This document shows, in pieces, positions 11,093-23,100 of a stretch of 64,000 nt of DNA (positions within the stretch are counted from its first letter, which is position 1; each line of letters begins with the position of its first letter). This DNA comes from Malacoraja senta. Its lineage: Eukaryota. The translations under genes were made by a program, and so were the position numbers. The notes under the pieces were generated by a model. That model ran no database searches and had not been told where the DNA came from. It saw nothing but the letters and a program-made list of their open reading frames with translations. The stretch covers positions 1 to 64,000 of the forward strand of contig JAXLNO010000516.1 of NCBI GenBank assembly GCA_038087875.1, written 5' to 3'.

Positions 11093-12504
11093 GTGATGAC
11101 CAGAGAGGGAGGGAGAGGAGAATACTTCTCTCCCTCTCTCACTCGTTCCTCTCTTCCTCTCTCCCTCGCTCCCACTCTTCCCTCTCTTCCCTCTCTCTCT
11201 CCCCACTCTCCCTCTCTCCCTCTCTCCCCTCTCTTCCCTCTCTCCCTCTCTCCCTTCAAAACGTTCTCAAAACTTTCTCAAAACGTTCTCAAAACTTTCT
11301 CAAAACTTTTCAAAAGTCTCCCAAACTTTCTCTCACTCATTCCCTCTCTCCCTCCCTCTCTCCCTCTCTCCCTCTCTTCCCTCTTTCCCTCTCTCCCTTC
11401 AAAACGTTCTCAAAAGTTTCTCAAACGTTTCTCAAAACTCTCCCAAACTTTCTCTCTCATTCTCTCCCCCCCCCTCTCCTTCCCCCCCTCCCTCCTTTTT
11501 CCTCTCCATCCCACCCTCAATGCACCAAAAAAACAACAACAAAACCACCCCGGAACCAACATTCTGCGTTTCGCCCTCCACCCGGACGCCTGAGACCCGC
11601 CGTCCCGCCCTAAAGCGTCCCCCTCCGGCCGGTAAGCGCCTCGTGAATACAGCTGTGAAGAGCAGGTAAAGATAAAAGCGCTGCCATGCAGCGGGGGAGG
11701 CAGCAATGGAGCCAGTGATGCATGCATTCCCTTTAATGCAGCAGGGGGAGCATGCACACGCGTTGTCAGGCGGTCCCCCACACGTTATAACTCACACTAT
11801 ATCCACATTTAATGTGGCCCTGCAGGCCGGGTTCTGTCTCATTTCCAAACCATTTGCCCCCAAAACTCCTCCAAAGTCACCAAGCCGACCTTGCGGGACA
11901 ACGGGGTGGATGCGGGGAGCCTGGAGCGTCCTGAAAAGGCCCTTCGGCCCATTTTACTCCTGCTAGCCCACACTTGGCATTGTCTGCATTGGGCCTTTCT
12001 GAATTTGTAGTCAGCAGGGCAGTTCTCTGCATATCGCCAACATACCGAGGCCACTCCGCCTTGCAACCATGGCTGATCTATCTCGCCCTCTCTCACCCCC
12101 TCTCTCTCCCCCTCTCTCCCCCCCTCTCTCACCCCCCTCTCGCTACCCCCCTCATTCCCCCTCTCTCTCCCCCTCTCTCTCACCCTCTCCCTCCCTCTCT
12201 CCCTCCCCCTCTGCGTCTCTCTCCCCCTCCCTCTCTCCCCCTCTCTCCCCCTTTCTGCCCCTCTCTCTCCCCCTCTTCCTCTCCCTCTCTCTCCCTCTCT
12301 CTCTCTCCTCTCTCTCCCCCTCTCCCCCCCCTCTCCCCGCCCTCTCCGCCCCTCTCTCTCTCCCTCCATCCCTAATGAGACCACACCTGGAGTATTGTGT
12401 GCAGTTTTGGCCTGTTGGAATTCATAACAAGAGGAGTTGAGTATAGGTGCAAAGAGGTCCTTCTGCAGTTGTACAGGGCCCTGGTGAGACCACACCTGGA
12501 GTAT

Positions 12505-14500
12505 TCCATTCGCAGTTCACACTTCAAATTAAGTCGGCTTGAGGAAGCCACTAATTGGTGGAAATGGACTAGGGGAAGCCGCTGATTGGCTTGTACCCAG
12601 GGTAAGGCTTTGTATTGTATCCAGCGTAAGGCTTTGTATTGTATCCAGGGTAAGGCTTTGTATTGTATCCAGGGTAAGGCTTTGTATTGTATCCAGTGTA
12701 AGGCTTTGTATTGTATCCAGGGTAAGAGGGGGAGAATGAGGACCAGGGCAGTTTACTGTTCTGGATGTCAGATGTGGGAGGTCATGGAGTCTGATACCCC
12801 TCCAGACGTCCACATCTGCGCCAGGTGTGTCCAGATGGGGCTCCTAAGGGACCGTGTTAGGAACCTGGAACAGCAGCTCGATGACCTCTGTCTGATCAGG
12901 GAGAGTGAGGAGGTCATAGAAAGAAGTTATAGGGAGGTGGCCACTCCAAGACCACGGGAGGCAGGCAAGTTGGTCACAGTTAGGAAGGGCAAGGGGCAGA
13001 GGCAGGAACTAGTGAGTACCCCGGTGGCTGTACACCTTGAAAATAAGTACTCATTTTGAGTACGGTTGGGGGGGACAGCCTTCCTGCGGGTAGCGACAGC
13101 GGCCGGGCCTCCGGTACAGAGACCGGCCCTGTTGCTCAGAAGGGTAGGGAAAAGAAGAGGAGGGCAATAGTAATAGGGGACTCTATAGTTAGGGGGTCAG
13201 ATAGGCGATTCTGTGGACGCAGTCAGGAGACCCGGATGGTAGTTTGCCTCCCTGGTGCCAGGGTCAGGGATGTGTCTGAACGCGTCCAAGATATCCTGAA
13301 ATGGGAGTGAGAGGAGCATGAGGTCGTGGTACATATGGTTACCAATGACATAGGTAGAAAGAGAGAAGAGGTCCTGAAAGGAGAATTTAGGGAGTTGGGA
13401 GGAGAGTTAAGGAGAAGGACCAAAAATATAGCAATCTCAGGATTATTACCTGTGCCACGAGACAGTGAGAGTAGGAATGGAATGAGGTGGAGGATAAATG
13501 CGTGGCTGAGGGACTGGTGCAGTGGGCAGGGATTCAAGTTTCTGGATCATTGGGACCTCTTTTGGGGAAGGTGTGACCTGTACAAAAAGGACGGGTTGCA
13601 CTTGAACCCGAGGGGGACCAATATCCTGGCGGGGAGATTTGCAAAGGCAACTGGGGAGACTTTAAACTAGAACGGTTGGGGGGAGCGACTCGAATAGGGA
13701 AAGCTAATAGTCAGGGTGTGAGGCAGGAGGCAGAGAAGGGAAGCACTCGGACCCAAAATGTAGGGGAGAAAGAAGAAAAAGATAATAAACAGAGAATAAG
13801 TGGTGGTGGGTTTCTTAAATGTGTATATTTAAATGCTAGGAGCATTGTAAGAAAGGTGGATGAGCTTAGAGCCTGGATTGACACCTGGAAGTATGATGTT
13901 TTGGCGATCAGTGAAACATGGTTGCAGGAGGGCTATGAGTGGAAAGTAAATATTCCAGGATTTTGTTGCTTTAGGTGTGATAGAGTTGGAGGGGCAAGAG
14001 GTGGGGGTGTTGCATTGCTTGTCAAGGAAGATATTACAGCAGTGCTTTGGCAGGATAGATTAGAGGGCCCGTCTAGGGAGGCTATTTGGGTGGAACTGAG
14101 AAATGGGAAAGGGGTAGCAACACTTATAGGTGTGTATTATAGACCGCCTAATGGAGAGCGAGAATTGGAAGAGCAAATATGTAAGGAGATAGTAGATATT
14201 AGTAGTAAGCACAAGGTAGTGATTGTGGGAGATTTCAATTTTCCACACATAGACTGGGAAACACATTCTGTAAAAGGGCTGGATGGTTTGGAGTTTGTAA
14301 AAATGTGTGCAGGATAGTTTTTTGTAGCAATACATAGAGGTACCTACAAGAGAAGGGGCAGTGATGGACCTCCTGTTAGGAAATGAGACAGGGCAGGTGG
14401 CGGAGGTATGCGTTGGGGAGCACTTTGGGTCCAGTGATCACAATACCATTAGTTTCAATATAATTATGGAGAGGGTCAGAACTGGACCTAAGGTTGAGAT
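12505..14500 (+). mobile_element. CR1 LINE 'family A', 5' half (5' UTR, ORF1, APE endonuclease)
   Basis: ORF1 has CxxC..CxxC, a zipper and SGNH/GDSL esterase motifs (GDSIVR, GTND-like, DGLH). ORF2 has LNARS, ISETWL, YRPP, GDFN and SDH. A frameshift at ~13056 is shared with the mirror copy; the stop at 13308 is left-arm only. Confidence 0.9.
12595..12727 (+). repeat. 24-bp tandem array in CR1-A 5' UTR (~5 copies)
   Basis: Unit CCAGGGTAAGGCTTTGTATTGTAT; one fewer copy at 58852-58960. Confidence 0.9.
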
Positions 14501-14639
14501 TGGATGGGTATATGGGCGAGAAAGGAATGGAGGGTTATGGTCTGAGTGCAGGTAGATGGGACTAGGGGAGAAAAAGTGTTCAGCATGGACTTGAAGGGCC
14601 GAGATGGCCTGTTTCCATGCTGTAATTGTTATATGGTTA

Positions 14640-15360
14640 TTGTGTGCAGTTTTGGTCCCCTAATTTGAGGAAGGACATTCTTGCTATTGAGGGAGTCCAG
14701 CGTAGGTTCACCAGGTTAATTCCCGGGATGGCGGGACTGTCATATGCTGAGAGAATGGAGCGGCTGGGCTTGTACACTCTGGAGTTTAGAAGGATGAGAG
14801 GGATTCTTATTGAAACATATAAGATTATTAAGCGTTTGGACACGCTAGAGGCAGGAAACATGTTCCCGATGTTGGGGTACTCCAGAACCAGGGGCCACAC
14901 ACAGTTTAAGAATAAGGAGTAAGCCATTTAGAACGGAGACGAGGAGAAACTTTTCCACCCAGAGAGTTGTGAATCTGTGGCCATTTGGGACTGAGATGAG
15001 GAGAAACTTTTCCACCCAGAGAGTTGTGAATCTGTGGCCATTTGGGACTGAGCTGAGGAGAAACTTTTCCACCCAGAGAGTTGTGAATCTGTGGCCATTT
15101 GGGACTGAGATGAGGAGAAACTTTTCCACCCAGAGCGTTGTGAATCTGTGGGATTCTCTGCCTCAGAGGGCGGTGGAGGCCAGTTCTCTGGATACTTTCA
15201 AGAGAAAGCTAGATAGGGCTCTTAAAGATAGCGGTGTCACGGGATATGGGGAGAAGGCAGGAACGGGGTACTGATTGGGGATGATCAGCCATGATCACAG
15301 TGAATGGCGGTGCTGGCTCGAAAGGCCGAATGGCCTACTCCTGCACCTGTTGTCTATTGT
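14640..15360 (+). mobile_element. CR1 3' fragment with internal 57-bp tandem repeat (14930-15150)
   Basis: YCVQFWSP..VQRRFTRLIPG; the VVNLWPFGTEMRRNFSTQR unit is repeated about 4 times; mirror at 56212-56932. Confidence 0.85.
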
Positions 15361-15384
15361 CCAGTGAAGGTGATTTGACTCTAA

Positions 15385-15585
15385 TGCAGGTAGACAAAAA
15401 TGCTGGAGAAACTCAGCGTGTGATGCAGCATCTATGGAGAGAAGGAAATTGTACTTGAGTCTGAAGAAGGGTCTCGACCCGAATCGTCAACTATTCCTTC
15501 GCTCCGTAGATGCTGCCTCACCCGCTGAGTTACTCCAGCATTTTGTGTCTACCTTCGATTTTCCAGCATCTGCAGTTCCTTCTTA
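15385..15585. mobile_element. Inverted pair of Penelope-like terminal repeats with hammerhead-like core at 15461-15488
   Basis: 15387-15447 is the reverse complement of ~15494-15554; the core CTGAAGA...GAATCGTC is mutated in its GAAA. Confidence 0.6.
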
Positions 15586-15862
15586 AACATTTAGACGATA
15601 TTGTTGTCTCATTTATTCCATTCCATTGCAGTTATTACAAAGAACGAGTCGTTATAAATATCTGTCCTGGCCAATGGTGTTTCTATTTGCAGATCATTTC
15701 TCTTTCCTGTCCTATGTGTTGAATACGTTATGTATCTATCTGCAGTTAGGCCCACGGTTGGCAGGAATTGGTCTATGTTCACACAAATCATCTGTCCCAG
15801 AGAGAGTGAGTGAGAGAGAGAGAGAGAGACAGAGAGAGACAAAGAGAGACAGGGAGAGAGAC

Positions 15863-15893
<31 letters not shown>

Positions 15894-18800
15894 ATGAGAC
15901 ACAGAGAGATAGACAGGGAGAGAGAGAGAAAGAGAGAGAGAGAGAATGAGACACAGAGAGAGATAGACATGGAGAGAGAGAGAGACAGAGAGAGTGAGAC
16001 ACAGAGAGAGATAGACAGAGACAGAGAGAGAAAGAGAGAGAGAGAGAATGAGACACAGAGAGAGATAAACAGGGATTGAGAGAGAGACAGAGTGATACAG
16101 CGTGGAAATGAGAGTATCATCCAACTCAGTATCCTGTACCTGCCTTCTCTCCATACCCGCTGATCCCTTTAGCCACAAGGGCCACATCTAACTCCCTCTT
16201 AAATATAGCCAATAAACTTGCCTCAACTATCTTCTGTGGCAGAGAATTCCAGAGATTCACCACAAACGATTTTCTCATCTCGGTCCTAAAAGACTTCCCC
16301 CTTATCCTTAAACTGTGACCCCTTGTTCTGGACTTCCCCAACATCGGGAACAATCTTCCTGCATCTAGCCTGTCCAATCCCTTAAGAATTTTGTAAGTTT
16401 CTATAAGACCCCCCTCAATCTTCTAAATTCTAGCGAGTACAATCCGAGTCTATCCAGTCTTTCTTCATATGAAAGCCCTGCCATCCCAGGAATCAGTCTG
16501 GTGAACGTTCTCTGTACTTCCTCTATGGCAAGAATGTCTTTCTTCAGATTAGGAGACCAAAACTGTACGCAATACTGCAGGTGTGGTCTCACTAAGACCC
16601 TGTACAACTGCAGTAGAACCTCCCTGCGCTTATACTCAAATCCTTTTGCTATGAATGCTAACATTCCATTCGCTTTCTTCACTGCCTGCTGCACCTGCAT
16701 GCCTACTTTCAATGACTGGTGTACCATGACACCCAGGTCTCATTGCATCTCCCCTTTTCCTAATCGGCCACCATTCAGATAATAGTCTACTCTCCTGTTT
16801 TTGCAACCAAAGTGGATAACCTCACATTTATCCACATTATACTGCATCTGCCATGCATTTGCCCACTCACCCAACCTATCCAAGTCACCTTGCAGCCTCC
16901 TAGCATCCTCCTCACAGCTAACACTGCCCCCCAGCTTCGTGTCATCTGCAAACTTGGAGATGTTGCATTCAATTCCCTCATCCAGATCATTAATATATAT
17001 TGTAAATAGCTGGGGTCCCAGCACTGAGCCTTGCGGTACCCCACTAGTCACTGCCTGCCATTCTGAAAAGGACCCGTTTACTCCTACTCTTTGCTTCCTG
17101 TCTGCCAGCCAATTCTCTATCCACATCAATACTGAACCCCCAATACCGTGTGCTTTAAGTTTGCATACTAATCTCTTATGTGGGACCTTGTCGAAAGCCT
17201 TCTGAAAGTCCAGATATAACACATCCACTGGTTCTCCCTTATCCACTCTACTAGTTACATCCTCGAAAAATTCTATAAGATTCCTCAGACATGATTTAAC
17301 TTTCATAAATCCATGCTGACTTTGTCCAATAAATTCACCACTTTCCAAATGTGCTGCTATCCCATCTTTATTAATTGACTGGCATTTCCCCCACTACCGA
17401 TGTTAGACTAACTGGTCTGTAATTCACCGTTTTCTCTCTCCCTCCCTTTTTAAAAAGTGGTGTTACATTAGCTACCCTCCAATCCTCAGGAACTACTCCA
17501 GAATCTAAAGAGTTTTGAAAAATTATCACTAATGCATCCACTATTTCTGGGTCTACTTCCTTAAGTACTCTGGGATGCAACTTATCTGGCCCAGGGGATT
17601 TATCGGCCATTAATCCATTCAATTTACCTAACACCACTTCCCAGCTAACCTGGATTTCACTCAGTTCCTCCATCTCATTTGACCCGCGGTCCCCTGCTAT
17701 TTCCGGCAGATTATTTATGTCTTCCTGAGTGAAGACAGAACCAAAGTAGTTATTCAATTGGTCTGCCATTTCCTTGTTACCCATGATCAATTCGCCTGTT
17801 TCTGACTGCAAGGGACCTACATTTGTTTTAATTAATCTTTTTCTCTTCACATATCTATAAAAACGTTTGCAGTCAGTTTTTATGTTCCCTGCCAGTTTTC
17901 TTTCATAATCTATTTTCCCTTTCCTAATTAAGCCCTTTGTCCTCCTCTGCTCGACTCTGAATTTCTCCCAGTCCCCTGGTAGGCTGCTTTTTCTGGCTAA
18001 TTTGTATGCTTCATCTTTTGTTTTGATACTATCCCTGATTTCCCTTGTTATCCACGGATGCACTACCTTTCGCTGATTTATTCTTTTGCCAAACTGGGAT
18101 GAACAATTGTTGTAGTTCATCCATGCAGTCTTTAAATGCCTTCCATTGCATATCCACCGTCAACCCTTTAAGAATCAATTGCCAGTCTATCTTGGCCAAT
18201 TCACATCTCATACCCTCAAATTTCCCTTTCTTTAAGTTCAGAACCCTTGTTTCTGTATTAATTATGTCACTCTCCATCCTAATGAAGAACTCAACCATAT
18301 TATGGTCACTCTTGCCCAAGGGGCCACGCACAACAAGACTGCTAACTAACCCTTCCTCATTACTCAATACCCAGTCTCGAATAGCCTGCTCTCTCGTTGG
18401 TTCCTCTACATGTTGGTTTAGAAAACTATCCCACATACATTCCAAGAAATCCTCTTCCTCAGCACCCCTGCCAATTTGATTCACCCTATCTATATGCAGA
18501 TTGAAGTCACCCATTATAACTGTTTTACCTTTGTTGCACGCATTTCTAATTTCCTGTTTGATGCCATCCCCAACTCCACTACTACTGCTAGGTGGCCTGT
18601 ACACAACTCCCACTAGCGTTTTCTGCCCCTTAGTGTTTCGCAGCTCTACCCATATCGATTCCACATCCTCCAAGCTAATGTCCCTCCTTTCTATTGCGTT
18701 AATCTCCTCTCTAACCAGCAACGCTACCCCACCTCCTTTTTCTTTCTGTCTATCCCTCCTGAATATTGAATATCCCTGGATGTTCAGCTCCCAGCCTTGG

Positions 18801-20102
18801 TCACCCTGGAGCCATGCCTCTGTGATCCCAACTATATCATATTCATTAATAACTGTCTGCACATTCAACTCATCCACCTTATTACAAATGCTCCTTGCAT
18901 TGAGACACAAAGCCTTCAGGCTTGTTTTTACAACACTCTTACCCCTTATACAATTATGTTGAAAAGTGGCCCTTTTTGATTTTTGCCCTGGATTTTTCAG
19001 CCTACCACTTTTACTTTTCACCTTGCTACCTATTGCTTCTACCCGCAGTTTACACCCCTCTGTCTCTCTGCTCATGCTCCCACCCCCCTGCCACATTAGT
19101 TTAAATCCTCCCCGACAGCACGAGCAAACACTCCCCCAAGGACATTGGTTCCATTCCAGCCCAGGTGCAGACCGTCCTGTTTGTACTGGTCCCATCTCCC
19201 CCAGAACTGGTTCCAATGCGTTAGAAATTTGAATCCCTCCCCCTTGCACCACTTTTCAAGCCACGTATTAATCTGCAATATCCTCCTATTTCTACTCTGG
19301 TACTGGTAGTAATCCAGAGATAATTACCTTTGAGGTCCTACTTTTAAGTTTATCTCCTAGCACCCTAAATTCACCTTGTAGGACCTCATCCGATTTTTTA
19401 CCTATATCGTTGGTGCCAATATGCACCACGACAACTGGCTGTTCACCCTCCCCCTCCAGAACGTTCTGCAGCCATTCAGTGACATCCCTGACCCTTGCAC
19501 CAGGGAGGCAACATACCATCCTGGAGTCTCGTTTGCGGCCGCAGAAACGCCTATCTATTCCCCTTACAATTGAATCCCCTATTACTATAGCCCTTCCACA
19601 CTTTTTCCTCCCCTCCTGTGCCACAGAGCCACCCATGGTGCCATAAACATGGCTGCTGCTGCCTTCCCCTGATGAGCCATCCCCCCCAACAGTATCCAAA
19701 ATGGTATATCTGTTTAGGGGGGAGATGACCGCAGGGGACTCCTGCACTACCTGCCTACTGCTACGCTGGCTAATGGCCACCCGTTCCGTTTCTGTCCGCT
19801 TAACTTTTACCTGCGGTGTGACCAACTCACTGTACGTGCTATTCACGACATTCTCAGCATCGTGGATGCTCCAGTATGAATCCAACCGCAGCTCCAAATC
19901 GTTCAATGCGGTCTGCCAGGAGCTGCAGCTGGACACACTTCCTGCAAACGTAGTCACCAGGGACACCGACCATATCCCTGATCTCCCACATGTTGCAGGT
20001 TGAGCAAACCACGGGGCCGATCTCAACTGACATGGCTTACCCCCAAATTAAATCAACTCACTCCCACTATAAAAATCTTAATCATTTAAACTGTACATTT
20101 AC

Positions 20103-23100
20103 GGACTTCCGGTGGCGCTATGGAGGCTTGAGTCCAGCGCCAACTAGCTCCGTGCCGAAGAAACTGAAAACGGGAGAAAATCGGGTCTTACCTGCAGCGA
20201 TCGCGATCTGAACGGCTGCCTGCCGCGTGACGTCATCAGGAGCGCGACTTTGACGGTATGTCGTTACAACGTCCCCCCCCCCCCCCCGTGGGACACACAA
20301 ATCCCCGTTAAAGGGAAACCTCCACCGATGGAAGAGGAAGGCCCAACTGAGGCCTCGGCCTCAGTTACAATGACGGCCCAGGAAGACCCTACGAAGAAAA
20401 CAAAGCAGAAAAAGTCTGAAATGGATGATCTTAAAGCTTTTCGCTGCTGAATTGAAAACCTTTGGAGAGAATTTTAAAGAGGAACTTTACTCTTTTAAGG
20501 TAGATTTTAAAGCAGAAATGCTTTCTACCGTTCAAGAAATACTGGAAGTCTGGAAGAGGTCGAGGGAGGAAGAGGTCAAGGAACAGATGGAAGTGCTGGA
20601 AGCCAGACTCGATTCGGTGGAAGCGAACGTTAAAATGGAGGTGGACCCCATTCATCAAGCACTCGAACAACATAGAACAGCGATAACCGCACTTAAGAAA
20701 TGGGCGGCGACAAGTGAGGAAACTGTAGGTCGACTCCTTACTGAAAACCAATGCCTCACCGGTATGGTGATCAAATTAAGTGATAAATGTACCGATTTGG
20801 AGGGGCGTCAAAGACGTAAGAATCTAAGAATTGTAGGGGTGAAAGAAGAAAGTGAGAGGGAAATGGGCCATCGGGATTTTGTGGCAGACCTACTACAAAA
20901 AGCCTTAAAATTGGATCAAAAACCTTCACTCGGTCGAGCTCATAGAGCGCAGCGGCGTCGTACACAAGATGATGCCCATCCAAGACAAATTATCGTAAAG
21001 GTGCAACTGGATCATGAATTTGACGATATAATGAAGAAAATCGTCCGAAGCGGACAGCTCCATTTTGAAGGAGCGAGGTTCAGTATTTACCGAGATTATC
21101 CGGCAGAGGTCTTCAAGAAAAGGGCGCTGCTTACTGAGACAAAAAGAATACTGAAGAATGTACCTGATTTGAGATACGGCCTGCTTTATCCCGCAAGACT
21201 AAGAGTCACCTACAAGCACAAGGAGCAATTTTTTACAGACCATGAAAAAGCACTGGAATTTGCCAAGAACGTGACCACAGACTGAAAAATTTACATTACT
21301 CCTCAGGAGTCAAGGATTAACGGGACCGCCAGATCTAAAAGGACCTTTAAAGTTCTTTTAAGAGCTTTAAGGACATTCGAAAACCGAATGGACGGTGGAC
21401 ATTGGAGAAAACCGTGTTTTTTTATTTTTTATACTTATTAAATATCTATATTACTACTAAAATTATTAACATTTATATTACTCATAAAAATGTATTACTG
21501 GGTATGATTGATAACAATGATTAATAACTAACAGTCTTTGGTTAACGTGGAAATGAATTACATACTTATATTATATAGGAAGATATGTAAGAGGTAATTC
21601 AGCCTACGTCATAATAAGGTTTGACGGTTTTTCTCTTTAATTTTCAATTTAAAATTAAATTTATAGATTTAGCGAGGATATTAATATGATATGTAGAGAA
21701 TAATAACGTTATGAATTTATGCTGTACTCGGACTTTTCTGCAGGGATGCGTGCTTATGTATGTATGCATATGGGTATATATATATGTATATATATATATG
21801 TGTATATGTGTATGTATATGTGTACGTATGTATGGGTATGTATATATGTTTGTTACTCCCAAAGAAGTTATTTGATTGTTAGAAAAATTTTTTTAATTTT
21901 TTTTTTTTTTTTTTCGGCACGGAGCTGGGAATTATTTTTTTTACAAAGGCTACGGAAGTCTTTAGAATTCTAGCCACGTTAGTGTGGCTATCACTAACTA
22001 CACTAATTGTAGATGTAGTTTTTTTTCTTTCACCCTATGCTAACCAATTCTATCACTTTTTTCACTTTAAATATTTTTATAACTTAATGTTTGAATCGAA
22101 AAACAAGAATAATACAAGGAGATGTGTTCGGAAGAGCGATGTATATGATTTTAAATTCATCTATTTGAGGTTCGGGAGCAGGGTCAGGTTTTATGTGTTG
22201 CACCTTCTGCTCGGTTATAGACCACCTTAGAAACAATATGCAAGATGTTAATATGACAAGAGGGGTTCAGGGAATAACATTTTGTAGTTGGAATGTCAAG
22301 GGAATCAATGAACCAATTAAGAGAGGTAAAGTCTTGGCACATCTAAATTTAATCAAACAGATATAATATTCCTTCAAGAAACCTTAAAAAGGAATCTCAA
22401 CACAGACTTAAAGCTAAGTGGATCGCTGAATCATATCATTCCTCTTTTTCCCATGTCCAGAGGAGTTGCAATATTAATTCGTAAAGGAATACCTTTTACG
22501 AATTCATCAACAATAGCGGATATTGATGGTAGATATATTATATTAGTTGGAGAGCTAAATGGAGAAAAAGTGATTCTTCTTAATGTATATGGGCCTAATT
22601 TTGATAACCCTATGTTCTTTAATAAAACATTTAATAAAATTCCTGAATTTACACAATATAAATTAATAATTGGAGGAGACTTCAATTGTACATTATATTC
22701 ATACTTAGTTAGATCATCAAGGCAAAAAAAAGTAAAATCTCAATCAAGTGTATTTCTAAATTCATTTATTAATACCACTAATATTAAGGATGTCTGGAGA
22801 ATAGAAAACCCAACTGGACGGGAATATTCATTTTACTCACCAGTACACAAAACATACTCAAGAATAGATTATTTTTTAGTTGACTCCACGTTTATCCCAT
22901 TTACTTATAACTCAAAATACCATAATATTATAATCTCAGACCACGCACCTGTAACATTCATGATGAAATTAAATGGAATGTCCGAGAAACAAACATATTG
23001 GAGATTTAACCCACAAATTTTAAACGAAAGATCATGCCAGGAATATATTATTAAACAGATTCAAATATTTTTTGAGGTAAATGATAACCCTGACACACCT

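Noticed and set aside
11620..11640. CCG|GTAAGC as first-exon donor for ZNF copy 1
   Set aside because: The mirror arm has GGAAGC at this position, and there is no other support.
12595..12727. Regular short repeats resembling a CRISPR array (also 26425-26630, 36287-37336)
   Set aside because: Head-to-tail tandem units with no unique spacers, no cas genes and a eukaryotic context.
13056..13670. SGNH/GDSL esterase as a host enzyme gene
   Set aside because: A known component of CR1 ORF1; here it directly precedes the APE domain.
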